From the IMG/VR virus record IMGVR_UViG_3300047472_000102, positions 1-64,000 of that record: a stretch of 64,000 bases of DNA. One strand, given 5' to 3'. The notes beneath the pieces were generated by a model. The model was not told where the DNA came from and searched no databases. It worked only from the letters and a program-made list of their open reading frames with translations. Shown piece after piece: positions 37,931 to 47,986 of the stretch (its first letter is position 1; each line of letters starts with the position of its first letter). Position numbers and translations under genes: made by a program. This DNA is from a virus.

Positions 37931-38452
37931 ATGGGTAAGTGTTATGCAGGCGTAGGGAGTCGAAAGACTCCTATCGATATACAGGGCATGATGACTGGCT
38001 TTGCAGAGCTTGCAGCATCCCTTCAATGGACACTTCGCAGTGGTCATGCTGAAGGTGCTGATCAGGCATTCGAAGATGGTGTTCCTAATAAGGAACCATA
38101 TAAGAAAGAAATCTACCTACCGTGGGGAGGCTTCAATGGTTCAGACAGCATATTCTCCCATCCAAGTGACTTGGCGATTGAGATGGCCCAGAAGCTCCTC
38201 GGAGAAGCCCATTGGGAAAACCTATCGGCTGGAGGACAGAAACTCCATGCACGGAATATACATCAGGTATTGGGTAAGACGCTCAATGATCCAGTCAAAT
38301 TTCTCATTTGTTGGACACCTGATGGCAAGGACCAAGGAGGTACGGCTACCGCTCTTAGAGTAGCTAGGATGTACCACGTGCCTGTTTTCAATATGGCTAC
38401 ACTCACCGAAGATGAAGAGAAGAAACTAGAGGATATTCTCTATGGACGATAA
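37931..38452 (+). CDS. SLOG-superfamily (DprA/Smf-like) nucleotide-binding protein
   Basis: YAGVGSRKTP, LRSGHAEGADQAFE, HARN, ICWTPDG..GGTATA. Confidence 0.8.
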   Translation: MGKCYAGVGSRKTPIDIQGMMTGFAELAASLQWTLRSGHAEGADQAFEDGVPNKEPYKKEIYLPWGGFNGSDSIFSHPSDLAIEMAQKLLGEAHWENLSAGGQKLHARNIHQVLGKTLNDPVKFLICWTPDGKDQGGTATALRVARMYHVPVFNMATLTEDEEKKLEDILYGR

Positions 38453-38828
38453 AGCGAAATTAGCTGAAATAATGAAAGTCATGAATCACTTTCTAGAAGG
38501 AGGTGAAGTGGAGTTTGCAGGCAAAACTACATATAATTCTGAATGGACTAAATGTTCAAATCCAGGATGGAATTGGGTAGATTTTGACTATCGTATAGTA
38601 CCCACACAACCATTGGATATTCCATGGGATATAATTAATCCTAAATGGAAATGGGTAGCTATGGATGAAGATAAAAACATTTATCTTTATACAACCGAAC
38701 CCACTAAAATGGATTATCAGTGGATTATAGTGCAGGGCGCTACATGTGATTTAAATAATTGTCTGGTTATTAAACCTACAAATATTCCATGGGATCAATC
38801 TCTGGTAAAACGCCCAGAATCAAAGTAA
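38442..38828 (+). CDS. Hypothetical protein (Trp-rich)
   Basis: PGWNW..DYRI and KWVAMDED...WDQSLVKRP. Confidence 0.6.
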   Translation: MDDKAKLAEIMKVMNHFLEGGEVEFAGKTTYNSEWTKCSNPGWNWVDFDYRIVPTQPLDIPWDIINPKWKWVAMDEDKNIYLYTTEPTKMDYQWIIVQGATCDLNNCLVIKPTNIPWDQSLVKRPESK

Positions 38829-38870
38829 TAATACTCCGTTCGAACAAAACACAAATGGAGTACTTCAATA

Positions 38871-39365
38871 ATGGCTATCAAGATTTGGTATAAGGCTGCT
38901 GAGAAGCGAGCAGTAATTGCTCCTTCTGCACAAGCAGTTCCTTCTGGTTGGACTGCCTCTGCTGCTATCGATAGTGTAGCATCAGGTGCTGAGGCCGATA
39001 ATACATTTGAGAAATACGAATTTGGTCAGAACCATGTGGTTTGGCACCATGTTCGTGATTACCTCTATAGCCTGCATCAGCTGGATATGCAGGAAGTAGT
39101 TATTACGAATTATGTAACTGCTGCTTCCGTTGATGTTCAACCTACTACTCAGAGCATTGTTCATGGTAACAAGGCCACTCTTACGGCTACAGTAAGCCCT
39201 GCAAACGCATCTGAGAAAGGTGTCACTTGGGCTAGCTCTGACGCTACCAAGGCTACTGTGGACGCTAATGGTGTCGTTACAGGCGTGGCTGCTGGTACTG
39301 CTACGATTACTGCTACGACCAAGGACGGTGTACACACCGACACCTGTGCGGTTACTGTGACGTAA
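38871..39365 (+). CDS. Ig-like (Big_2) domain virion decoration protein
   Basis: LTATVSPANASEKGVTWASSDATKATVDANGVVTGVAAGTATITATTKDG is a classic Big_2 domain; followed by a terminator at 39390-39415. Confidence 0.85.
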   Translation: MAIKIWYKAAEKRAVIAPSAQAVPSGWTASAAIDSVASGAEADNTFEKYEFGQNHVVWHHVRDYLYSLHQLDMQEVVITNYVTAASVDVQPTTQSIVHGNKATLTATVSPANASEKGVTWASSDATKATVDANGVVTGVAAGTATITATTKDGVHTDTCAVTVT

Positions 39366-39435
39366 TCAAAATACCATTTGGAACCAAGAAAGGAGAGCTA
39401 TATGCTCTCCTTTTTATTATCTGGATTAATGAGGA

Positions 39436-40258
39436 GTGAATGAAATGTGCGATAGATGTGTCAATCTATTGGCTAATCAACCATCTGGTCATATTGACCT
39501 ATTGAAGAAATATCGTGAGCGTTTGAGAACCCTAGCCAAGGAAATGGCTGAAGATTTCAATAATGAGATTTTCACTATTAATAAAGATTCTTTTGTAGCT
39601 GACACTCCAGAAGGTCAAAAGATTCTAGATGCTACTCATGAGTCTCATGCTCTCATGGTAGCACTTGCTCTTGGAACAGGATTTGTATGCCATGCAGAAA
39701 ATCATATTGGAATATATGCCCAAGAGATTGATCAGCTATTTCATCATGGTGCACATCTAGGATGGGCGTATAGTCATCTAGAAAACATACCAAAGAACAA
39801 CGTCAACTAAGGGCTCCTTCGGGAGCCTTTTCATTATGGAGAATAATCATGCTGAAGAAGTTCATTCGGTGGCTCCAGAGTGGAGATACCAAGTCCGATC
39901 GTTACCGTCAGGGCTACGACGAGATGCAGAGACTAATCAACACACTGCCAGAAAAGATAGCTGTAAACACGATGATGAAAGTCTCTCGTGATTACGCCAA
40001 TCCCTATGATGCAGGGATGCTCGATTGCTGGAATGAGCATGTAGCTCGTCAGAAGCCTCAGAGAAAATCCAAATGAAGATGTCACGCACCATTACACTCA
40101 ATGATGATGACATATTCAGAGCAGTTAAAAACTTTATCACCGATCATGTTGACGGAGTTAATGCCACTGAAGTCTGCAATTATCGCATTCGTTTTGAAGG
40201 CAATAATGATCAGAACAAACCAATCATCTACGTTGAACTTGAGGATAAGAGCATATGA
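39436..40258 (+). other. Three small hypothetical ORFs (39436-39810, 39849-40076, 40073-40258)
   Basis: RBS-preceded ORFs; UUCG terminator at 39810-39831. Confidence 0.55.
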
Positions 40259-40650
40259 AATTTGATTATCAAAATGCTATTTTCGTCTTTGGTTCCAACG
40301 AAGCTGGATACCATGGAGCAGGTGCAGCCAAGTTCGCACTCATGCATAAAGGTGCAATAATGCGTAAGGGAATTGGGCATCATGGACAATCATATGCCCT
40401 ACCGACAAAAGACCATCAGATCAGGACTTTGCCTATCGATAAGGTCAAAGCCTATATCCACAATTTTCGATGCTATGCAGAGATTTATCCTCATCTCCAA
40501 TTCCAGGTCACATGCGTAGGCTGTGGCCTTGCAGGCTTTGAGCATCAACAGATTGCTCCTCTTTTCTTTGGTTCGCCTGATAACTGCTGGTTCGATACAG
40601 CATGGCAACCATGGCTTGGTGAAACTCATCAATATTGGGGGCACAAATGA
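40255..40650 (+). CDS. A1S_2505-family phage protein (macrodomain-like)
   Basis: IFVFGSNEAGYHGAGAAKFA, GQSYALPTK, FQVTCVGCGLAG. Confidence 0.8.
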   Translation: MKFDYQNAIFVFGSNEAGYHGAGAAKFALMHKGAIMRKGIGHHGQSYALPTKDHQIRTLPIDKVKAYIHNFRCYAEIYPHLQFQVTCVGCGLAGFEHQQIAPLFFGSPDNCWFDTAWQPWLGETHQYWGHK

Positions 40651-40964
40651 AAGACTACGATTCAGCCAAATATGCAGACTTGGAAGAGTCTGCATTAAAA
40701 GCACTAACCGAAACCAAAACAGCAAAAGACCTTCAGGTCATGATGCTTGAGGAAGAACTCAACAAACCACTATCTGGAGGTGTCCATGTTACCACAGCTA
40801 ATGGATACTCTCTTGGTATTAGCTCGGATGATAGGCTTGTCTATTTTCCTTCTAATAAAAGAACAAAAGCAACCCAAGTTGACGTGGGACCAGCGACCAA
40901 GAAAAACATTTCCACGCTTATATACGCTCTTGAGAGACTACAAATTCACGCGTCAGATAATTGA
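40647..40964 (+). CDS. Hypothetical protein
   Basis: ATG overlaps the previous stop; 105 aa. Confidence 0.55.
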   Translation: MKDYDSAKYADLEESALKALTETKTAKDLQVMMLEEELNKPLSGGVHVTTANGYSLGISSDDRLVYFPSNKRTKATQVDVGPATKKNISTLIYALERLQIHASDN

Positions 40965-40995
40965 TGTAACCCCTGAACCAGTGGAGGAAAAGCCC

Positions 40996-41808
40996 GTGGA
41001 CCTTATGCCTATGCAAATCGAAATGGAAAAGCTTTTCCATAAGAATCAATTACATGATCGCATCCGTCGAGAGTTTACTGAGAGTAATATCAATTTCCGT
41101 GCAGCATTTGACGAAGCTAGTATTCCCCATGAGTTCGGCTATGACCTCATGGTTCAGATGGTTTTGCATAAGAGAGCAAACCTACCCACTTTAGTGGGTA
41201 TCCTGCGAAAGCATTTTGGAGGGGATCTCCAGAAGACAGCAGACATGATCCTGGAAGCAGCCAAGGCTGATGTCATGGATTGGAGTAACCCACTAGAGGT
41301 ATTCATCGTCCGCTTCGATATTACCGAAGATGTCAAGGACGAAATTGATACTTACCAATATCCACTGCCTTTAATCGTTGAACCAAAGGAAGTGAGGAAT
41401 AATATGGATAATGGTTATTACACCTCCAAAGGATCGGTTATTCTGCGTAATAATCACCATGAGGATGATGTCTGTCTGGACTACCTCAATCGAGCCAATA
41501 AGGTGAAGCTGAGGGTCAACTCAGACACAGTAGCATTCATCCATAACGAATGGGCCAATCTCGATAAGCCTAAGCCCGGTGAAGATCGACAAGACTTCCT
41601 GAAGCGTAAGAAGGCATTCGAGAAATATGATCGTACTGCCAAAGAGGTATTCCAGCATTTGGATACCACTGGCGGTGAATTCTATTTGACCCATAAATAT
41701 GACAAGCGTGGTCGTGTCTATTGCCAAGGTTATCATACCACTTACCAAGGCAATGACTGGAACAAGGCAACCATCGAGTTTGCTCATGGAGAGCCATTGG
41801 AGGATTAA
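40996..41808 (+). CDS. RNA polymerase II subunit 1 (N4 gp15-like)
   Basis: GTG after GGAGG; YQYPLPL, HHEDDVCLD and FYLTHKYDKRGRVYCQGY (T7-type DxRGR motif). Confidence 0.9.
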   Translation: MDLMPMQIEMEKLFHKNQLHDRIRREFTESNINFRAAFDEASIPHEFGYDLMVQMVLHKRANLPTLVGILRKHFGGDLQKTADMILEAAKADVMDWSNPLEVFIVRFDITEDVKDEIDTYQYPLPLIVEPKEVRNNMDNGYYTSKGSVILRNNHHEDDVCLDYLNRANKVKLRVNSDTVAFIHNEWANLDKPKPGEDRQDFLKRKKAFEKYDRTAKEVFQHLDTTGGEFYLTHKYDKRGRVYCQGYHTTYQGNDWNKATIEFAHGEPLED

Positions 41809-43693
41809 ATGGGATTACCAGCGACAGTATATAAAAGACCTCATGGTCAGCAAATTGAAATTACAATGAGTAATATCACTCCTGAAGATGAGGAATGGTA
41901 TAGGTTAAATAATATAAAGGTAGGCTTCGAGGAAATAACACCAGAACAGTTAGTAATCTATGCTGAATATGGTGAAACCGATGGGGAGCCAGATGAGATA
42001 AATTATCTGGTTCCCTCTGGTGAACAATGCATTATAAGCATGTCCAAAATCAGAACCAAAATAGAGGGAATTATTAATGCCAATAAGTAACTCTATTAAT
42101 AGCACCTCAAACGATAATGAGATGCATCCCCAAAAGACCCATATGCCTCATACCAAGGGTTCTTGGTTGAGGTACAACATCGAAGATGGTGAAGTAGAGT
42201 TCTGGTATGACGGAAAGCTTGAGTACGCTTTCCAAGGATCAATTACACAAGATAATCGAATCGATGGATCATTGGTAATAGCATTTATCAACGATGCTAT
42301 TGCCATTGGTAAACGTATTCGATCCAGAGAAATCAAGGATTTGCTCAATGGCTAAGTTTCAGAAAGGTGATGTAGTTACTTGCAATTATAGTGGATACCA
42401 GATGTATGGAATTGGTTCGAAAGCTATAGTATTAGATGTGGTAATAAGTTCAAATGGTAATGAACTTATTACTCTCAAAAATGATCTTACGGAATATGGT
42501 AGCACAGACTACCTTGCTCGTAATTTCTCACTTGTTCATCGCTCCAAAAAGAAGGAAGAACCTATGGCTAATTACAATCAGAAGACTTTCTACTTCGCTA
42601 TGCGTCGTACTGAATCAGATCAGTTGGAGTTCTTCCAATCTACTCGTACACCTCTACGTGAGCAGAAAAGTCAGGCTATCCAGGATGCTAAGCAGTCAAT
42701 GCAGGAAGGGGAGGAATGGATGGTCCTTCAAGCTGTAGCCATGCTAAAGCACGAAGAGCCTAAGCCTCCTATTATTATCACTGAATATAGGTGATAATAA
42801 TGGAAAAAGAACAAACCCTTATAGGAATGGATATTATCTTACGAGCTACAGCTGAAATGAAGAATGACTTCCTTGGTTCAGCCTACGGCATACAGAGGCA
42901 AGGAGACTATCGAGACACGCTAGCCTTGCCTTATCTGAACCAAGAGCAAAAACGCTCCAGTAAGCCTGTACGTGTCAAACCAAGCTCATCCAAACGAGAA
43001 CGTATCCTAGCTCGTAGAGCCAAGGATAAAATCAATCGAAAGCGAGGACGATAATGTACCTACGTCATATAAACGTTATTGGTGATAATGAAACTATTAC
43101 CAGTGGTACTGTGGAATTTATAAATGAGGAACATTTCAATAGTTGGTGGCATAGTCTGTCATCTGCTGTTTTCAATAACGATCCTATTCGCATCAATTAT
43201 ACTGATGACAGAACGATCTTTATTAGACCAGATCGATTCAGCGTTCTGAGATTTCATCATTATGTAGAGCTAAGCGAAGCTGACAAACCCAAGCAAAGGA
43301 GTTGATATATGGCTGAATATCGATCAGCAGATACACGCATTGGCACTGATTGCATCGACCATGATTTGGTCTATACGGTCTTCTACATTCATGACGATGA
43401 GGGAATGAAGAAGGTTGAAACCGTTGCCAACGATCACGAAGATGCCATGAGTCAATTTATGACCAAGGGCGATGTACGTATCGTCATTAAGGGACACGTC
43501 GATGAGCCACTCTGGATCGGATAAAATCTTCAAATCATCTGTACTCATGCGTCGAATAAAGAAATTCGAAGAAGCAGCAATTGAGCTTTCATGGAAAGGC
43601 TCTCGACATCCGGATGACCATAAAGACATCGAGAAGGAATATAACAGGGCCAGAAAGGCCCTGATTTCTTATGTGCTTGAACATATACTATGA
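41809..43693 (+). other. Seven small hypothetical ORFs between the RNAP II subunits
   Basis: 41809-42090, ~42077-42355, 42348-42794, 42791-43054, 43054-43305, 43309-43524, ~43548-43693; translationally coupled. Confidence 0.6.
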
Positions 43694-43711
43694 ACCAAAG
43701 AGGATGAACCT

Positions 43712-44917
43712 ATGCAAACATTCACCGCAAAGCAGTATCTCCAAATCGACATTGCAAACAATTTTGGCAATGACAAGGAAGACTGGGATGTGCGTCTTGC
43801 TTGGTTCGAAGAGAACGAGCGTAGATTAGAATCACTAATCAAAGAGGCAGCAGAACCTGCAATGTATGAAGCAGGTGTAAGGGCATATCGATCTGCAATG
43901 AAGGGTAATGTAAATCATTACCCTATTTCTTTGGATGCAACATCCTCAGGAATTCAGATTCTCTCCTGCCTCACTGGTGATCGCAAGGGTGCCGAACTCT
44001 GCAATGTAGTAGACGTAGGTAGGCGTATGGATGCTTACACAACGATGTATCAGCAGATGGCAGAGAAGATTGGTGAGTCCACCAAGATCGACCGTAAGGA
44101 CGTTAAAAAGGCAGTTATGACTTCCTTCTATGGTTCCGAGGCTGTACCGAAGCGTGTCTTTGGAGAAGGTGCCCTATTGGCTACCTTCGAAGAAACCATG
44201 GAAGAAGGTGCACCTGGAGCATGGGAACTTAACAAGGCCATGCTCGATATCTGGGACCCAAATGCAACAAAATACTCATGGGTTATGCCTGATAATTTTC
44301 ATGTACATATCAAGGTCATGACCTCTGAAACTGGCATTGTTCATTTCCTGAACAAGCCCTATGAAATCACATACACAATCAATGCTTCACTTGAGAAGGG
44401 ACGTTCTCTTGGAGCCAATTCAACCCATTCCATTGACGGCATGATTGTTAGAGAAATGGGTCTACGTTGTAACTATGATCCAGAGCAGATTAGTAAGATT
44501 AATGCTTTGCTTGATCCCAAGCTAAGATTTCTTCCTACGGCTCCTACTTCAAAGGAAGACGAACTTGTCAAAATTCTATGGGATCATTATCTGGATTCTG
44601 GCTTTCTTAGTGCCCGCATCCTCAGCTATCTCAGCCATACGAACATCGGATTGGTTGACCGAACCGTCATCTTCGATCTGGTCATGTCACTACCAAAGAA
44701 ACCTTTCCAGATTATATCTGTGCACGACTGCTTCAGGTGTCTTCCAAACTATGGAAACGATTTGCGTAGGCAATACAATCTATTACTGGCACATATCGCA
44801 AAGTCCAATCTGCTTTCGTTCCTACTCTCTCAAATCACTGGACGACTACTTACAATAGGTAAGTTGGACCCTGATTTGTGGAAGGATGTAATCCACGCGA
44901 ATTACGCGTTAAGCTAA
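43712..44917 (+). CDS. RNA polymerase II subunit 2 (N4 gp16-like)
   Basis: Motif A LDATSSGIQ, motif B RKDVKKAVMTSFYGS, HSIDG, motif C SVHDCF. Confidence 0.94.
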   Translation: MQTFTAKQYLQIDIANNFGNDKEDWDVRLAWFEENERRLESLIKEAAEPAMYEAGVRAYRSAMKGNVNHYPISLDATSSGIQILSCLTGDRKGAELCNVVDVGRRMDAYTTMYQQMAEKIGESTKIDRKDVKKAVMTSFYGSEAVPKRVFGEGALLATFEETMEEGAPGAWELNKAMLDIWDPNATKYSWVMPDNFHVHIKVMTSETGIVHFLNKPYEITYTINASLEKGRSLGANSTHSIDGMIVREMGLRCNYDPEQISKINALLDPKLRFLPTAPTSKEDELVKILWDHYLDSGFLSARILSYLSHTNIGLVDRTVIFDLVMSLPKKPFQIISVHDCFRCLPNYGNDLRRQYNLLLAHIAKSNLLSFLLSQITGRLLTIGKLDPDLWKDVIHANYALS

Positions 44918-45061
44918 TAAAATAACTCCCTGAGAAATCAGGGAGTTATAAAATTTACTACCGATAGTGCTAGATATATTATATTCTTAGACTAAGCTTT
45001 GTGATAGCTCGAATTCAATAGTAATCGGGCAAATTACATCACTAATAGCAGGATCAGTGAA

Positions 45062-45559
45062 ATGTCCATAGCAAGAGAGAACGGTCCCTTGAAGTGGAAT
45101 CTTAATAGTATCTTAGCAGTTAGCGGAGCATCCATTACGGTGGTAGCTCAGATAGTCACTTTTACTGTCCTGTGGACCAATAATAGTCGTGATGTACTAG
45201 ACCTTAATAATAAGGTTACTGATATTAATCACAGATTAGATAGTCAGGAAAATGATCGTAAAGATCGTCTAAAAGACTATACAAAAACCCTTACAGACAT
45301 GCAGGCTCAGATAGCCACCATAGTTCCAATGAGCTATAGAGTGGATCAAGCCCTTTCCCAAGCAGCAGAAAACAAAGCTGCTAATGCAGCCACTAATACT
45401 CGCATTGATAAAGTCGTTGAGTCAGTTGGAGCCAAGCTGGATAACGTACTTGATAGCGTGAACAAGCTATCAGCGAATGTAGCAGTCATAGGCTCAAAGC
45501 TTGAAGACACCGCGAAAGCTCAGAAATCCAATTTCCAGAATGTGCCGTTTCATCCATAA
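45062..45559 (+). CDS. Membrane-anchored coiled-coil protein
   Basis: N-terminal TM followed by a heptad-rich region; terminator at 45582-45608. Confidence 0.6.
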   Translation: MSIARENGPLKWNLNSILAVSGASITVVAQIVTFTVLWTNNSRDVLDLNNKVTDINHRLDSQENDRKDRLKDYTKTLTDMQAQIATIVPMSYRVDQALSQAAENKAANAATNTRIDKVVESVGAKLDNVLDSVNKLSANVAVIGSKLEDTAKAQKSNFQNVPFHP

Positions 45560-45628
45560 CTTCACGTAATACTTTTTAGATAAGCCCACCTATATGGTGG
45601 GCTTTTTTATTGAGTATAAGGATAGATC

Positions 45629-45979
45629 ATGCTTTACGAAAACCCTGATGATATCCTGTTAAGGATACAAGCTAAAATCCACATACGAGACTTGGGATTC
45701 ATTTTGAATGGTATCCCTAGCCCATGTCACATCTGGACTGGTGGAACGTCTGGAGAAGGCCGTGGAGGCGGATATGGACGTGTCTCTATCTTTGGTTCCA
45801 CGACAGCAGTGCATCTATTCATTTGGAAGCGATTCAAGGGAGCCATAAGGAAAGGCTACCAGATCGACCATATGTGCAATAATCGTCTATGCTGTAACCT
45901 ATTACATCTACAAATGGTTACACATCTCAAGAACCAGAGGCTTAGAGCCAAGAGAGCAAAGGAACTTATGTATGCCTGA
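45629..45979 (+). CDS. HNH endonuclease
   Basis: CHIWTG...GYG...IDHMCNNRLCCNLLHL...N. Confidence 0.85.
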   Translation: MLYENPDDILLRIQAKIHIRDLGFILNGIPSPCHIWTGGTSGEGRGGGYGRVSIFGSTTAVHLFIWKRFKGAIRKGYQIDHMCNNRLCCNLLHLQMVTHLKNQRLRAKRAKELMYA

Positions 45980-46295
45980 ACTAGATAAAAAAGCCTTGGC
46001 TTCCGCTGAGAAAGAACTCATCGATAGTTTGGCTGACTATGGTCAACTCCAAAATTTCAATGCTCATGCACCTGGGAGAATTGCTAGAGATATTATATCT
46101 AATTATCTCAGTGCCCTACCAGAGCAGGAGCCGGTGGCTGAAATCGTATCAGCACATGGCGACCCCGAAGCATTTGGGGAACGCGAACTTATCGCCCGAG
46201 CCGATATACAGAAATTTCCGTATGGTACAAAGCTCTTCGCCTCTTCCACCGCCCTCCAACCCGACCGTCCTGATACCGAGAAGGAGGGGAACTAA
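45972..46295 (+). CDS. Hypothetical protein
   Basis: 107 aa; C-terminal half is visibly more GC-rich. Confidence 0.55.
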   Translation: MPELDKKALASAEKELIDSLADYGQLQNFNAHAPGRIARDIISNYLSALPEQEPVAEIVSAHGDPEAFGERELIARADIQKFPYGTKLFASSTALQPDRPDTEKEGN

Positions 46296-46359
46296 ACCTA
46301 TACATAAAACGTATCAACGTTTAATATTGAATAGTCCCCACAATAGGAGAATACATATC

Positions 46360-46812
46360 ATGACCATGAAGACGTATAATATTACCTACAATAAGCAATC
46401 CAAGGAAACTCAAATTCTTGAAGCAGGTGTTGAAGTTGCTTCTGGTTTTGAGTCTCTTGGACAGGTAGAGCATGATGATTCGCTTACTGCACAGCAGATT
46501 TTCATTCAGGCTCGTCCTCTAATTCTTCAAGCCGATAGTACAGCAGATGCTTTCTCTGCAAAGATCGTTACTGCCAATAATGCAGAAACGGTTGTACTTC
46601 CTATTACTCAAGGAGAGACTCCAGTTGAAGAAACGTCTGTACCTGATCCAGAACCTGTACAAGATGCACAGACTGGAGAAGCTGCTCAAACGCAGGAACC
46701 AGCAGAACCAATGGCTACAAATGATGGTACTGCATCCACAAGTGATACGGGTACTGTAGCCTCTGAACCCTTTACACCAGCTGAAAATGTAGATACTAAT
46801 CAGCCTGCTTAA
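46360..46812 (+). CDS. Putative structural protein with acidic disordered tail
   Basis: AGGAG RBS; N-terminus resembles that of the Big_2 protein; terminator at 46843-46871. Confidence 0.55.
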   Translation: MTMKTYNITYNKQSKETQILEAGVEVASGFESLGQVEHDDSLTAQQIFIQARPLILQADSTADAFSAKIVTANNAETVVLPITQGETPVEETSVPDPEPVQDAQTGEAAQTQEPAEPMATNDGTASTSDTGTVASEPFTPAENVDTNQPA

Positions 46813-46907
46813 GGGGCTGGCGGACTTAGGTCTGCGGTCATAGAACCCTCGGAGAAATCCGAGGGTTTTTTATTGGGTATAATCATCCACAAAAGGAAAC
46901 CTATCTA

Positions 46908-47984
46908 ATGGATGCAAGTGATATCAACCTCTATCGTGGTACTCCACGACAGGTAAAATATTGGGCACTACGTTGCCTGCAAGCTGGGCTTATTCCTATG
47001 GTTCAAGGATCACCCGGTCTGGGTAAGTCCTCTATGATCCGAGGCACGGCAAAGGAAATGAACCTCAAGCTTATTGACGATCGTATCGCTACGAATGGTC
47101 CTGAGCACTATACAGGATTGCCTGACGTATCAGGCGATAAGGCTGTTTACAAGCCTTTCGACGTGTTTCCTCTGGAAGGTGATCCTCTCCCGAAGGATGA
47201 GAACGGCAACGATATGGAAGGCTGGCTCTTTTTCCTAGATGAGTTCAATTCCGGTCTGCCTACTACCATGGTAGGTGCTTATAAGTTCCTGATGGAACGT
47301 GAAATTGCTCAGCGTAAAATCCATCCAAAGGTCTGGATTTGTGCAGCAGGCAACCGTGATGAAGATCGGGCCATTACCCAGCAATTGGGTACTGCTATTC
47401 AGCGTCGTGTAGTCTGGCTGGAAATGTACCTTGATGGTACCCAAACTGACCAATTCGATGCATTTATGCAGGATGTGGCTTTGCCACAAAACTGGAATTC
47501 TCAGGTTATTTCCTTCCTTCATTTCAAGAAGGCATACCTGAATAATTTCGATCCAAGCCATCAGGAAAAGACCTTTGCATGTCCTGCTACTTGGGAAATG
47601 GCTTCTAAGCTGGCAGACCTTGCACCTGTTGAGGTCGAGGATGGTCCATTGTATTGTGGTACCCTCGGTGCTGGCGTAGGAACTGAGTTCGTCAATTACT
47701 GCCAGTTATCCAAGAACATCCCTACGATCAAACAGGTGCTGGATAACCCTGCTTACTGCAATATCCCACAGGATATGGGTGAGCAATTCTATCTCGTCTC
47801 CACTCTGGTAGAAGCTACTAATGCTTCTAATCTCCAGGATTTTGGAGACTATGTAGAACGTCTGGGTCTGGAATTTCGTATCCTTTACTGGAGGTCTATC
47901 CAGATGCGTCAGCCTGCATTGCGTCGTGAACCAGCATTTACCAGAGCACAAGTCACCTTGGCTCGTTACCTCTTTGGAGCTTAA
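46908..47984 (+). CDS. MoxR-like AAA+ ATPase (N4 gp24-like)
   Basis: GSPGLGKS, LFFLDEFN, AAGNR, ACPATWE. Confidence 0.88.
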   Translation: MDASDINLYRGTPRQVKYWALRCLQAGLIPMVQGSPGLGKSSMIRGTAKEMNLKLIDDRIATNGPEHYTGLPDVSGDKAVYKPFDVFPLEGDPLPKDENGNDMEGWLFFLDEFNSGLPTTMVGAYKFLMEREIAQRKIHPKVWICAAGNRDEDRAITQQLGTAIQRRVVWLEMYLDGTQTDQFDAFMQDVALPQNWNSQVISFLHFKKAYLNNFDPSHQEKTFACPATWEMASKLADLAPVEVEDGPLYCGTLGAGVGTEFVNYCQLSKNIPTIKQVLDNPAYCNIPQDMGEQFYLVSTLVEATNASNLQDFGDYVERLGLEFRILYWRSIQMRQPALRREPAFTRAQVTLARYLFGA

Positions 47985-47986
47985 AT

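Noticed and set aside
40747-40995. N-terminal extension of RNAP II subunit 1 given in the ORF track
   Set aside because: It overlaps the upstream gene; GGAGG plus GTG at 40996 gives the expected ~270-aa protein.
41809-43711. Intron or intein splitting the RNA polymerase
   Set aside because: N4-like RNAP II is naturally two genes, and the gap holds ordinary small ORFs.
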